From the NCBI RefSeq assembly GCF_000143415.4, contig NW_003314423.1:12011-76010 (forward strand): 64,000 bases of DNA. Direction: 5' to 3'. The translations under genes and the position numbers were made by a program. Below the pieces are notes generated by a model. That model had not been told where the DNA came from. It was given only the letters and a program-made list of their open reading frames with translations, and searched no databases. Position 1 is the first letter of the stretch. Every line of letters starts with the position of its first letter. Of this stretch, positions 1 to 11,543 are shown one piece after another. The DNA comes from Selaginella moellendorffii. Its lineage: Eukaryota > Plantae > Lycopodiophyta.

Positions 1-685
1 TCAACAGACGACAGCTTCTCTTTCTGGCCTTGCTGAAAAACTTAAAAGAGTGAGACAGAGAAAAAAAGACTAGTTGCCAAAAACTTCGCACATACCGGGC
101 AAGTCAACATGTATAGTTTAGGATCCTTCACTGATGGAAGTAACGCTTGCTGCTCAACCACAGTGGCCTCAGAGTCGTCGTACGTATCGTAGCTCGTAGT
201 TTTATAACGCTGCTGAAGCATCTTCTCAATTTCGATATCCTCCAGATCTTCTCCAGTATCGAGAAGAGCAGGACGCTGGGGAATTCTACTTCTTCGGGAG
301 CTCTCTTCTTCCGGGATAGTGTCCTCAATAAATCCTGTGAACAAAGCATGGAAAACTTAAACGGACAACAGGAAAACAAAAGAGAGAATTTACCCTCTTC
401 TTCCTCTTCTTCCTCCTCCTCCTCATCACTCGCAACCTGGGCAGCATCATCGATGAAAGCAGAAGCACGGCTTCTCCCCCTCTTCTTCCTAGACGGGGCA
501 TCGTCCTCCTCGTCTTCGTCTTCCTCAGCTACATCGTCGACATAGCTGTTCCTCTTCTGCTTGCGCTTGCGCTTTTTCCTATCCTCTTCCTCATAATCTT
601 CATCGTCGTCTAAATCCTCACCTTCTGGCTCTTCTTCCTCCTCCTCCTCGACCTCCTCGTCGTCGTCGTAATTCTGAGCTCCCAT
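1..685 (-). CDS. SPT5: Transcription elongation factor SPT5, 5' part (exons ~685-394, 334-96, <=32; continues off the window)
   Basis: ATG at 685. Acidic N-terminus with FIDDAAQV and GFIED, then EQQALLPSVKDPKLYMLTC leading into the NGN domain (EREAVVC). GT-AG introns at 393-335 and 95-33. Confidence 0.88.
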
Positions 686-881
686 CACCGCCTCGCGCTT
701 ACCCTTTCCTGAGATTGCCCAAGAACCCTAGAACTTTGGCGATGGCTTGGAAGGGCACTTCCAGCTCACCTATGGCGCCATCGCCAATGAACTATCGCTC
801 TAGGGTATGAATGGAACACCTGATTTTGCCCAAGAACCCTAATGTCGGGCATAAAAACTTTAGGGCAAAAAGGGGGGAGCG

Positions 882-2456
882 ATGGCGTGGAAGGCGCACG
901 CGGCACTGGTGCTCGTCCAGCTCAACTATGGCGCCTATCACGTCATCGCCAAGCTCGCGCTCAGTGTGGGGATGAATCAGATCGTGTTTTGTATGCTGCG
1001 GGACGCGGTCGCCATCGCAATTCTCGCCCCCATTGCTTTCGTCAAGGACAGGTTCTCTCCTTTGGTCCATCATATACATTCTTTAAGTGATGATCTTTCG
1101 TACAGTGAGATCCGGCCTCCACTCACTCGGAAGCTCGCATTTTCCTTTTTTTTCCTTGGGCTCACAGGGTGAGTGAAACTGCTGAAATCTAAAAGACTCG
1201 CCCGCGAGCGAGCGATCGATCGAAACTTTTGTTGCTGGATGGCTGTACCTCGCAGGATCTTTGCGAACCAGCTACTGTTCATGGTTGGATTGAAGCTCAC
1301 GTCTCCAGCTTATGCTGCGGCACTCCAGCCGGCGACGCCAGTTTTCACGTTTTTGCTCTCGCTCTTCATGGGGTCGGTTGGTCCGTTCTTACTCCCTCGT
1401 TTTCCATTCTCGTTGGTTTTTCTTCGTTGCTCTAGCTTGTTACTAACGCAGTGATCTTTCGTTTTTCTTTGAGCAGCTCCGAGACTGTGAAGATCCACAG
1501 ATACGATGGCCGAGCTAAAGTTGGTGGTGTGCTTCTAAGCGTGCTGGGAGCGCTCTTGATGTCCGGGTATAAAGGACCACAGGTTGTTCCTGGCTTACAA
1601 GGGATAGACTTCCAGACTGCAATGGGAGGAAAGCCTTCGCCGGAACCGCTTGGATGGTTCACGACAATTCTCGTGGAGATTGGAATCGACTTGTGGCACA
1701 TTGGTATCATTTGCCTCATTGGAAACTGCTTGTGCATGTCGATCTACATGGTCTTCCAGGTAAGAAACGACATCTCACTTCCGAGATCTCATGGCAAACT
1801 TCTGTTTTGTAGTCGCTACTACTGGCAAGGTATCCGGCCGCCTTGTCAGTCACAGCGTACTCCTACTTCTTTGGAGCGGGGATGATGGCTCTCGCGGCCT
1901 TGTTCACCACAAGAGAACCGTCAAACTGGTCACTAAACAGCTCGGAGGTCTTTTCTGTGATATATGCTGTAAGTTCCAACATTTTGCGTTCCTTTCCAGC
2001 TGATGGAAGACTTGGTTTCTCACAGGGCGTGGTCGCATCTGCACTAAATTACTGGTTACTCACTTGGACCAACAAGCTGCTTGGGCCGTCGCTGGTCGCA
2101 CTCTATATGCCTCTGCAACCATTTGCTACGGCAATTCTTGCACACTTTCTTCTCGGCAGTCCTATTTACCTCGGGAGGTCAGCTAAAAAACCGATTTTTT
2201 CAAGCTGTTTGTGTTGATATTTGTCTTCTCCAGTGTCTTTGGAGGTGGACTAATTATTCTCGGCCTCTACTGCGTGACATGGGGAAGATGGCAAACTGAG
2301 AAACTCCTGCTAGCCACGTCCCATAAACGAGAAGATCACTTCGAGCGATGGAGAGGAGAAGAAGATCTTCCTCTCACGGAATCGCTCTACAGGCTTCTGG
2401 ATCCCAAAGGCTTGACACAATTGCCACTGTCAAGATCCTGGGGAGAACCACAATGA
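882..2456 (+). CDS. WAT1-related / UMAMIT EamA-family transporter, multi-exon
   Basis: Exonic peptides [104 protein letters not shown]; separated by ~55-75 nt GT-AG introns. Confidence 0.92.
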
Positions 2457-2627
2457 CCAGCAATGAACTCCATCGAGGTACTTTACAAATCCTGCCTCTT
2501 TTTTGGTTTTCATTACAAGTGTAGAGAAAAATATGTATCACAACACCTTAGGCACTTCATACCTTGAGGGCTCTCTCTTTTGTCGATGTACAAAATTACT
2601 TACTGTTCCTAGTTCTTCCTAGCAGCA

Positions 2628-3016
2628 TCAAGGGACTTCCAGCAAGCTTGGAGAATCGTTTTTATCCGAGTTGAGATCGAGGGCGCTGAGATCTTTCGCC
2701 AGACTGGTGTTGTGCTGATCTTGCTCTTTGTTCTCTGTGAAAAGGACAATCAAAGGGGGTAAAGCTTAAAAGATTTGACTCACCACTGTTGTTGTAGGCA
2801 GCCGCGCTGTCGTCCTCGGCCAGGAATTCCATCTCTTCTTCCTCTTCCATAAGCTCCATCTCCAGCGCCTCTAGATCCTCGGGGCTCAGCTCCTCCTCCA
2901 TTCCCTGGTACCTCTCCCTGAGCCAGTAATCTCTAAACGCGGGGCAATTCTCTACCAGGCACCACCACTCGGGCGAGAAATCCTCCGTGTCGATGTAGGC
3001 CGCCGGGATGAAGAGC
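2628..3016 (-). CDS. ERD15: ERD15/CID-like PAM2-motif protein (N-terminus lost in assembly gap)
   Basis: LFIPAAY..EDFSPEWWCLVENCPAFRDYW matches the PAM2 tail and PEWW motif of ERD15. Acidic tract, intron ~2783-2735, predicted stop at 2628-2630. Confidence 0.8.
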
Positions 3017-3147
3017 NNNNNNNNNNNNNNNNNNNNNNNNNNNNNNNNNNNNNNNNNNNNNNNNNNNNNNNNNNNNNNNNNNNNNNNNNNNNNNNNNNNN
3101 NNNNNNNNNNNNNNNNNNNNNNNNNNNNNNNNNNNNNNNNNNNNNNN
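3017..3147. other. Assembly gap (N run)
   Basis: 131 consecutive N. Confidence 1.
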
Positions 3148-3667
3148 CCGCATCCAACGGCCGTGGATGTGAGAGCCGGGGCGCCGGACCGACGGCCACG
3201 ATGGGCGCTGCAGCGTCTTCCATTGGCACAATCGCATTGTTTTTTCATTGTTTTTCGCCACCACCCGCGGCTATGGCGGATCGCCGTGCGCATTGCGCTT
3301 CATGGACGTCGCGTTCGCCACGCCATCTCGCGCCGGGCGCGCTGGCGATGGCCGATCTGGCGGCTTGATCACGTAGGGGAGAATATCGCCTGTAGCCTCG
3401 CTCCTTCCAGTAGATTCTAGGGTTTTGGGCGATGGCGGGGGAGAGGCGGTCCGAGGTGCTGCGTCGGCGCCGGCCGCGCCCGGCCAATGCTAGGGATTGA
3501 GCTGCTAGCTAGGGATTGTGTGTGTGTGGGCGCGCCTCGATCAGCGAGCTCTCTGGCGGGCTCCAAGTTTTCTTCCCAGGAGGGCGATTCTTTTGCATGA
3601 CAACGCTCACCCGGGCTTCCAGGCGCTGGCAGGAGAAGAGATTCATCGTCGATAGCGTAGCTACAGC

Positions 3668-4655
3668 ATGGTTAACAAAGGAGTGAAGAAAGTGCTCGAC
3701 TCGTACACTATCAAGGGGACCAACAAGACCATCAAAGGTACGTGCTTTCCTCAGTGCATGTAGAGAGGAGAGGCAGCATTCTTCGAGAGGAAAGGCATTG
3801 ATCCAAGAAATGGATTCTTTGGTTTGCTTTCTTTTGCTTGCAGTTGGAGACGCAGTGTTGATGCGTGCTCAAGATCCCGAGAAGCCGCCATACGTTGCTC
3901 GCGTAGAGCAGATCGAGGCGGACACCAAGAACAATGCCAAGGTCCGGGTGAGGTGGTACTACCGGCCCGAGGAATCCATGGGCGGCCGGAGACAGTTCCA
4001 TGGATTCAAGGAGCTCTTTTTGTCGGACCACTACGACGTCCAGAGTGCCGATACCATCGAAGGCAAGTGCATTGTTCATACTTTCAAGAACTACACCAAG
4101 CTGGAGAGTGTGGCATCCGAGGACTACTTTTGCCGGTTCGAGTACAAGGCGGCCACGGGAGGCTTCACTCCGGATCGAGTCGCAGTGTAAGATTGACAAA
4201 GCTCTCACTTTGGATTCTCTATCTTATGCTCTCTTTTTTTGGGTTTGCGGAAACAGGTACTGCAAGTGCGAGATGCCTTACAACCCGGATGATCTTATGG
4301 TGCAGTGTGAGGAGTGCAAAGACTGGTAAGAATCAGTTTCTCTCAAATCCAAAAGCCTTGGCAGCCTCCGATGAAAAAAATGGCAGGTTTCATCCATCTT
4401 GCATCGGACTCCCAGTGGATCAAGTGAAGAAGATGGAGAGCTACTACTGCCCGGATTGCTCTCCGCAAGCACAAGACAAGTCCAAGCCCACGGGTCACAA
4501 GGTGTCGTCCTCTAAGCCGAAGCTCCCGCAGAAAGTTTCGCCTCCGCAAGAACTTAAGGTACTAAGCTACACGAGAGTGGAAAAAAAAAACTACCTTTTT
4601 CTATTTGAAGTGATTGATTTACCTGCAGGTGGATCCAAAGCGGCGAAAGAAGTAA
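3668..4655 (+). CDS. EBS: BAH-PHD chromatin reader EBS/SHL (5 exons: 3668-3738, 3844-4186, 4257-4325, 4388-4558, 4629-4655)
   Basis: [23 protein letters not shown] / [34 protein letters not shown] (BAH); [28 protein letters not shown] (PHD); ends in VDPKRRKK*. Confidence 0.95.
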
Positions 4656-5066
4656 TGGCAAGAAGCCTTGGCAGCAGCAGTGGGATGAGTAAAACAGAAA
4701 AAACACTTATTTTACTGAGAGCACAGTGTTGTGGCCACGGCAAAAGCTCAAGTGGCTGAGAGAGGGAGAGAGAGAGAGGAGATGTAAAGCCTCTAGCGAG
4801 AAGGGGAAGTGACTTGTCTCTGTTGTGTAAGATCATTGCGGGAAGGTGTAAGATCATCTCGAATCTCTGTTATAATCTATAATCAAAGTCACTATTATGG
4901 AGAAAGTTTTCTTCTGTTGGTTCAACGGTCTCCTCGTTTTTCGGTAGAACTTACATCTTCCTCGTTTTCCGGAGAAGTGAAGAGAAAATAGCTAGTTTCA
5001 CGGAACAGCAAAGAAACTCACGCTTTGATCACTGGAAGCATGCTCTAAGTTTGAGGCAACGTTTTG

Positions 5067-5440
5067 ATGCTTCCTTCGTCGCGAATCTCACTTCCAACAA
5101 GAGCTTTCAATCCTACAAACGCAAACTCCACGACATTTGCGGCGAGCCAGATGATCTTTCGCAAACCGAGAGCTAACTTTCTAGCTCCTCGCGAAAAGAA
5201 AGAAGCTTGCCATGTTTTGCGAGGAGCTAGAGGGTGGTGTTGTGACCTCTTATGCCGAGTGTGGCCGAGCAGCAAACTAACTCACGATTTTATCACACCC
5301 CCAAAGTTTAGGAACAACGATTCGACGCTTTCTTCGTCGCCACATTCACCTCCAACAAGAGCTTTCAATAATCATACAAAGCGCGAACTCCACGACATTG
5401 TTGTTTACTCGCGGTGATCCAGATGGTCTTTCGCAAAACC
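5067..5440. repeat. Imperfect ~100-bp direct repeat (5067-5168 and 5324-5440)
   Basis: Both copies share cttcgtcgc..ccaacaagagctttcaat..aactccacgacatt..ccagatg.tctttcgcaaa. Confidence 0.8.
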
Positions 5441-6532
5441 TTACAAAGCCACGATTCAAGCTATCGAAAGCGAAAGCTCTTCACAGATCATTTTCTGTTT
5501 TCGAATGTCAAAACGTACTTTGAGAGTGTTCGACACCACTGTTTTCTCTTCTTTTATTTTACTCGCTCTGTTGACAATTTGCCTCCTCATCCACTAGAGC
5601 CATATTCTATTCGATTTGATCGCGAGAATATAATCAAAGCCGCTGGTCTTTCCTTCCAGCCTCGATCGAAGACTCTCAGTTGTGTCAGTGCGACTCTTTC
5701 GAAACAAAGAAAAAAACACACAGGATATGATCCTACACACAAGATGACGAGGAATTCACAACATCGGGAGCACAGTAGTGCTACTGGTTGGTTTTGTTTG
5801 GTGGTTTGGACTCCAGCGAATCGTGAATTGGTGGCCGCGCACACGCAAAATCTCTTTTTTTTTTTTGGTCTTTTTCTTCCGTGCTCCTTGTCAACATTCT
5901 TGGGCTTGATCTCGCTCGCATCAGCGTATATTTCCACTGTACCGGCGAGCCAGCTCGAATCGGCCCACCACAAATCCGAATGGTCACCGCCAACTTCCAA
6001 ATCTCCCAGAGTTTCTCTTTCCTCCCCGGTTTTTTTTTTCTTTTTTTTTCATTTTTGCTCTCTTTTCTTTGGTTTTCCTTGAGGATAAAATCCTTGACTT
6101 CATGCCTCGCTTTTGTTCCAATAATGCAGAGATGTCCGCACTTTATTGACAAAAATGTGCACTCGGCGATGAGCGCAGAGTTACTCGCGGCTCGCCCGCC
6201 CGAAAAAAAGAAAAAGAGAGATTTTTAAAGAAAATCTAGGCGTGAAGATTTGGAAGACGGAAAAAAAACAAAAAAAGAACAAGCTGCGTGTTGATCTTGC
6301 AATCCGGGAGGAAAGCGAAAGCTGAAATGACCCTTCGACTTTTAAAGCTTTTGTGTTCCTGGGGAAGAAGCAAACGAGGTCAAGTTGAGAGGAGCTCACC
6401 GACGGGTGGATCAATGTCTAGAACTAGATAAGTTTCACGCCCACAAAGCTCTTCGCATGGCTCGCAAGATCCTCCGCGCTTCCTAGGAGATAAGCTTCCC
6501 CAAGAGCTCGCTACATCCACAAAGTTCTTGGC

Positions 6533-7222
6533 ATGGCTCGCAAGATCCTCAGCACTTCACCTCCACCGGAGGACTCGCGGAGCCCGCTCCACATCTCCTC
6601 GTACAGCCTCCCATCCGGCTCCCGGATCCCCAAGGTGATGATCGCGGTGGTGGCGGGATTCGTGCTCACCACCGCCATCATCTATTACACTTGCAAGTGG
6701 GTCTTCCGCAAGAAGTGCCCCGACGCCACCGACGCCACCGCCGCCGCCTCCGGCGCCCCTCCGCCACAGCCGGACTCGCTCGAGGAGCTCCAGGCCCGGG
6801 TCACCAAGAGCCTGGCGCAGCGCCTGGGCAGCAAGATCGCCACGGCCATCCCGACGGTGAGCTACGCGGAGCTGGCGGAGTTCCGCGCCAGGGGCGATCC
6901 CAGCGGTGGCGCCGCCGCCGCGGAGGCGGAGGCTTGCGCGGTCTGCCTCACGGACTTCTCCAAGAACCCGGCGGGGACCAAGATCAAGATCCTGCCCAAG
7001 TGCGCGCACGCATTCCACTGTAGCTGCATCGATCTGTGGCTCATGACCCACGCCTCGTGCCCGATCTGCCGCGCCAGCTTGTTCGTAGCGCTGGCGGACC
7101 TAAATGCCTGGGCCTCTCGCGGCGGCGCCTCCTCTTCCCCAACGCCGCCGCCGCCGCCTCCAATCGAGCATCGTCCTCCTCTTCCGCCCGAGCGCCGCCC
7201 CGAGGATCAAGGAGGCGTGTGA
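6533..7222 (+). CDS. ATL-family RING-H2 E3 ubiquitin ligase
   Basis: Intronless. N-terminal TM helix (VMIAVVAGFVLTTAIIYY), GLD-like motif (RLGSKIATAIPTVSY), RING-H2 CAVCLTDF..LPKCAHAFHCSCIDLWLMTHASCPICR. Confidence 0.93.
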   Translation: MARKILSTSPPPEDSRSPLHISSYSLPSGSRIPKVMIAVVAGFVLTTAIIYYTCKWVFRKKCPDATDATAAASGAPPPQPDSLEELQARVTKSLAQRLGSKIATAIPTVSYAELAEFRARGDPSGGAAAAEAEACAVCLTDFSKNPAGTKIKILPKCAHAFHCSCIDLWLMTHASCPICRASLFVALADLNAWASRGGASSSPTPPPPPPIEHRPPLPPERRPEDQGGV

Positions 7223-7260
7223 TAGTGTCCGAGAATCCCTAGATCTGTGAGGATTGGCTT

Positions 7261-8943
7261 TCACCCGTGTTCCCCGGCATCGAGACAGAGCATGTTGGAG
7301 ACCAGGATATGGGATGCCGGGGAATCTCCAGCATTCCAGGATCCAGTGGCGGCGGCGGCGATGGCGGCGGCACGGGAGCCCAGCTGGAGCTCGCCGTGGA
7401 TTCCACACGCCGCCAGTAGCGTCTTGGCGGTGGTGGAATCGGGCACGAAGGGCATTGCGCCCATGAGCTCGAGCGCGCGGTCCGTGTGGCCGGCCTTGCC
7501 CAGCGCCGCGATCACGCAGTTGTAGTGCTCGATCGTGGCGGCGATCTGGTGGTCCGAGATCATGGATTGGAAGAAGAATCGCGCCTCGCGCAGGGATCCG
7601 TGGTGGATGCAAGCGCCGAGAATTGCGGTGAAGGTGAGGTCGTCGGCAATTGCGCCACCCTCGAGCTCCATCACGCGTGCGCGGTGGAAGCTCGCGGCGG
7701 GCAGCCCCGCGTTCGCGTAAGCGGCGATCGCGGCCGTCCATGAGATGGAATTCCGCTCCGGAATGGACTGGAAAAGAGACTCGGCAGCCGCCGGATCCCC
7801 CGAGCGGGCATACGCTGCAAGAACAGAGTTCCAGCACGAAAGACTGCTCTGCGGCATTCGATCAAGCACAGATCTCGCAAGAAGTGGACAGTTGTTGTCG
7901 GAGTATGCCGCGCCGATTGCGTTCCATGACACAGCGTTTCTGCAGCACATCGATTGAAAGATCTCTTGCGCTTTCTGGATTTGCCCTCTCTGGGCATGAG
8001 CCGTAATCAGCGACGTCCACGAGATCGTATCTTTCGCAGGCATTCTCTCAAGAACTGCTGTGGCCGAGGACAACATCCCGTTTTCTATGTAGACATGAAG
8101 AATTGCGTTCCAGGAGACGATGTTCCTTTGCGGCATCTCATCGAAGACTTTCTTCCCATGAACCACATCTCCGCCAGCGGCAAAGGTGGCAAGAAGCGCA
8201 GTTGAGGAGCAGATATTGTTCTTGGGAATCATCCGGCACAGAGCCTTTGCAAGATCAATTTCAGAGCACTGCGAGCACGCAGCGATCATCGAACACCATG
8301 ACACGTCGCTCTTTTCTGGCATCAAATCAAACACCCTTTTGGCGCCGACTATATGCCCAGATTGGGCATACGCAGTCACCACAGCCGTCCACGCCACCAC
8401 ATTCCATGCGGGCATTTTCTCCAGAACGTCCCAAGCGCCATCTCCTGCGTACGATGAAATCATGGCCGTCCACGCGACTACATCCCTTCCAGACATTCCG
8501 GCATAGAACAATCTCCTCGCGCAAAGGAACCGGCCGTGCTTCACATAGGCTTGGATCAAGCTTGTGACTGCAATGGGATTGCTCTCCGGAATTCTTTCTA
8601 GAATGGCAGTGGCATCGTCTATGAGACCGTGTTGGGCGCAGCACTGAACCACCGACGCCCACGAGACCGAGTCGGTCTCGGGCATCTTCTCGAAGGTAGT
8701 CCGAGCTTCTTGTGGACGCCCAGACTGGGCATATGCAGCAATCAGCAAGTTCCAGGAGAAAACGTTTCGATTGTTTCGTCCGTGGAAGATGAACTCTCCA
8801 GCTTCTAAATCACCACACCTCACAAACATCTGGATGAGGAGATTGTGCAAGTAAGTGTTCTTGCTGTGGACAATGGCATTGTAAATCTGCCAACCTTGAT
8901 TGATATCTATACACTTTCTTATCAAGCTCGCAAACTTTTGCAT
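7261..8943 (-). CDS. PLS-class pentatricopeptide repeat protein with E domain, no DYW
   Basis: Tandem ~31-aa repeats (VVAWTAMISSYA, NIVSWNAILHVY); C-terminal HYNCVIAALGKAG..MPFVPD..LLAAC. First in-frame ATG at 8943. Confidence 0.93.
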   Translation of the reverse strand: MQKFASLIRKCIDINQGWQIYNAIVHSKNTYLHNLLIQMFVRCGDLEAGEFIFHGRNNRNVFSWNLLIAAYAQSGRPQEARTTFEKMPETDSVSWASVVQCCAQHGLIDDATAILERIPESNPIAVTSLIQAYVKHGRFLCARRLFYAGMSGRDVVAWTAMISSYAGDGAWDVLEKMPAWNVVAWTAVVTAYAQSGHIVGAKRVFDLMPEKSDVSWCSMIAACSQCSEIDLAKALCRMIPKNNICSSTALLATFAAGGDVVHGKKVFDEMPQRNIVSWNAILHVYIENGMLSSATAVLERMPAKDTISWTSLITAHAQRGQIQKAQEIFQSMCCRNAVSWNAIGAAYSDNNCPLLARSVLDRMPQSSLSCWNSVLAAYARSGDPAAAESLFQSIPERNSISWTAAIAAYANAGLPAASFHRARVMELEGGAIADDLTFTAILGACIHHGSLREARFFFQSMISDHQIAATIEHYNCVIAALGKAGHTDRALELMGAMPFVPDSTTAKTLLAACGIHGELQLGSRAAAIAAAATGSWNAGDSPASHILVSNMLCLDAGEHG

Positions 8944-8992
8944 CACATTCTTGTGACAAGAGCTTTGTGTCTAGACTTTAATCTCTATGGTT

Positions 8993-11152
8993 CTAGTTTG
9001 CGACATCAAAGTGATCGTCCCAAGCGCTCTCATTGTTTGCAAAGCTTTTGTGGAGATCAAAAGCCCAGGTGTTTGAAAGCAACACGTAAGAAGACGTGAG
9101 CCCCGCATCGATGGTGAAAACTCTCCTCGCAGCGGCCTGGCCGAGTTTGATCTCCCCTTGCATCGAGCAAGCGCCGAGAAAGCTTGTCCATGGAGCAGTG
9201 TGGCTTTGCTCGGGCATCCGGCGGAGCAGCTCCCCGGCCTCCTCCAGCCGCCCTACCCGACACAGAGAATCGATCACACACCCGTAGTGGCTGCGTAGTC
9301 TTGGGAGGCCGCGCTCGCCGAGAGACGCAAAATGGTGCCAAGCCTCGTCCAGCCTCCCGGCATGGCTGCAAGCAAAAATTACTGCCAAGATGGTCACCTC
9401 GTCCGGCCTATCACCCTCGAGTTCCATCAGCGAGAAGAGCTCCAGCGCCTCCGGGGAAGCGCCGTTCTGCGCATTCCCAGCGACGATTGCGTTCCAAGAC
9501 ATCACGCTCTTGCACGGCATTTGCAAGAACAGCTCCTTCGCTTCGTGGAGCTGCCCGTTTTGGGCATATCCGGCAACGATGGCGTTCCACGAAACCAGAT
9601 CCTTCTCTGGCAATCCATCAAACAATGCCCGAGCTTCGTCCATATACCCGTTTTGAACATACAGAGAGATCATCGCGTTCAAAGACACAATGTTCCACTG
9701 CGCCATCTTTTGGAACATTTCGAACGAAATCTCCATGTTTCTGTGCTGGCCATACGACGCCGCCAGCGTCGTCCACACAACCACGCCTCTCCCGCTCATG
9801 GAATCAAAAAGCATCTTAGATTCCTCAAAATGCCCGGCTTGGGCATATGCTGCGATTATGAAACCCCAAGATATTGTATCTGCCTCAAGCAAGCGATCAA
9901 AGAGCTGTCTAGTCTCGGAAAACTCACCACGGATCGCGTACGCTTCCATCATCACATTGAACGAGACGACGTCATGTTGGGGCATCATCTCGAAGAGCTT
10001 CCTCCCGGCATCCAAATCCCGCCTCGCGCTAAATCCCGACACCAGCATCGTCCACACAACAATGTCGCGATCGGGGATCGCCCAAAACAGCCTCACCGCG
10101 TCGCCCATCTCGCTCAACTTCACGAGACCGGAGAGCATCGTGGACCAGGTGACGGAATTCGAGTGAGGCATGAGGTGAAACACGGATCCGGCGTCCTCGA
10201 TCCTCGAGTTTTGGACGCACGCCGACAGCATCATCCCCCAGGCGACGACATCCTTGAACGGCAAGAGATCAAAGAGCTCTCTCGCTCGCCCAAATTGCCC
10301 GCTTCGTGAGTAACCATCGAAGAGAGCGCCCCAAGAGAAAACGTTCCTCTCCGGCATCGCGTCAAAGCACTGGTGGGCAAAATCCAGGTCTCCGGAGGAT
10401 GCAAATGCTCCGATCAGGACGTTCCATGTCACCTCGTTTCTCGCCGGCATGGAATCAAACAATCGACGCGCTTGGAAAAGATGCCCAGACCGGGCATATG
10501 CCGTTAGCATGGCTGTCCAGGACACCACGCTTCTCTGGGGCATCTTGGAGAATAATTTACTCGTATCTTCAAGTTTTCCGTTGTTAGAGAACCCAACTAA
10601 GATCGAGGTCCACGAGTAAACGTTTCTCTGATCCATGGATTGAAACAACGCGAGCGCCTTGATCAGATCTCTGCTTGCGGCAAATGCATGGATCATGATG
10701 TTCTGCGCAATTGCATCCGCGTAAGGCATAGAATCGAAGAGGCTTCTCACGTCGTGGAAATGACCAGATTGAGAGCAAGCGCTGAGGAGCGTCGTGTAAG
10801 CCACGAGATTTTGTTCGGGCATTTTGTCAAATATCTGTTTGGCCTGCAGCAAATGCCCGTTTCGGGCAAATGCCGCAAGCAGGAAGTTCCACGAGAACTG
10901 GCTCGTGCTGCCGCGGAGGGCGTTGAAAACCGCGAGAGCATCGCCAGGCGCGCCGCATCTCCCATACATTTCCACCAGACGATTGGCGAGAAATGTGCTG
11001 CAGGATTGGCTGCTGGATTGGATGAGCCTGTGGATCTTGCGCCCCACGGCCAGGTCCCGTGCCGCCCCACACGATTTGATGAGCTCGGCGTAGTAGCCAG
11101 TAAGATCGTCCGCCTGACCTTTGGAGCGCTTGGAGGACCGAGCCAGTGACAT
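8993..11152 (-). CDS. PLS-class PPR protein with E domain, no DYW (719 aa)
   Basis: About 19 PPR motifs, mostly 31-aa S/SS type; HYGCVIDSLCRVGRLEEA..WTSFLGAC..SSYVLLSN. Confidence 0.95.
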   Translation of the reverse strand: MSLARSSKRSKGQADDLTGYYAELIKSCGAARDLAVGRKIHRLIQSSSQSCSTFLANRLVEMYGRCGAPGDALAVFNALRGSTSQFSWNFLLAAFARNGHLLQAKQIFDKMPEQNLVAYTTLLSACSQSGHFHDVRSLFDSMPYADAIAQNIMIHAFAASRDLIKALALFQSMDQRNVYSWTSILVGFSNNGKLEDTSKLFSKMPQRSVVSWTAMLTAYARSGHLFQARRLFDSMPARNEVTWNVLIGAFASSGDLDFAHQCFDAMPERNVFSWGALFDGYSRSGQFGRARELFDLLPFKDVVAWGMMLSACVQNSRIEDAGSVFHLMPHSNSVTWSTMLSGLVKLSEMGDAVRLFWAIPDRDIVVWTMLVSGFSARRDLDAGRKLFEMMPQHDVVSFNVMMEAYAIRGEFSETRQLFDRLLEADTISWGFIIAAYAQAGHFEESKMLFDSMSGRGVVVWTTLAASYGQHRNMEISFEMFQKMAQWNIVSLNAMISLYVQNGYMDEARALFDGLPEKDLVSWNAIVAGYAQNGQLHEAKELFLQMPCKSVMSWNAIVAGNAQNGASPEALELFSLMELEGDRPDEVTILAVIFACSHAGRLDEAWHHFASLGERGLPRLRSHYGCVIDSLCRVGRLEEAGELLRRMPEQSHTAPWTSFLGACSMQGEIKLGQAAARRVFTIDAGLTSSYVLLSNTWAFDLHKSFANNESAWDDHFDVAN

Positions 11153-11543
11153 TCTCGGGTCTCCTCCATGACTTTCAATACTTCATCATCCCTAACAGTT
11201 TTACTGGAGTCTAATGAGTCAGTCCCTGAAGTAAAGTGCCAGCTTTTGTGAATGACCGCCACGACTTTCGTCCGTAAAAGAGAAAAGAGAAAAGTGATGG
11301 CTGAGCTATTTTGCTCTTTGCTGTATGTGGAGCATCTCATTGTACAACAAGGACTTTGAAGATTCCAAAGGTGTTTGTCGTGATGCAAGGTCTGACGGTT
11401 GACGGCCTCTAAATATATTAAAAAAGCATCCAAAAAGAGTTGATGAGAAGTCACATTGGCTTAAATAGCGAGTGACACAAACTCCTTGCTCTAGAACTGT
11501 TGTTCTAGTGAAGTTCCAAGGTTTTCATGGCTACTTGTGATCG

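Noticed and set aside
2933-3293. ORFs spanning the N gap (also 18676-19033)
   Set aside because: Frame across a gap is unknown.
5414-6228. ORFs of 115-222 aa
   Set aside because: Non-ATG starts, driven by poly-T/A tracts, no recognisable domain.
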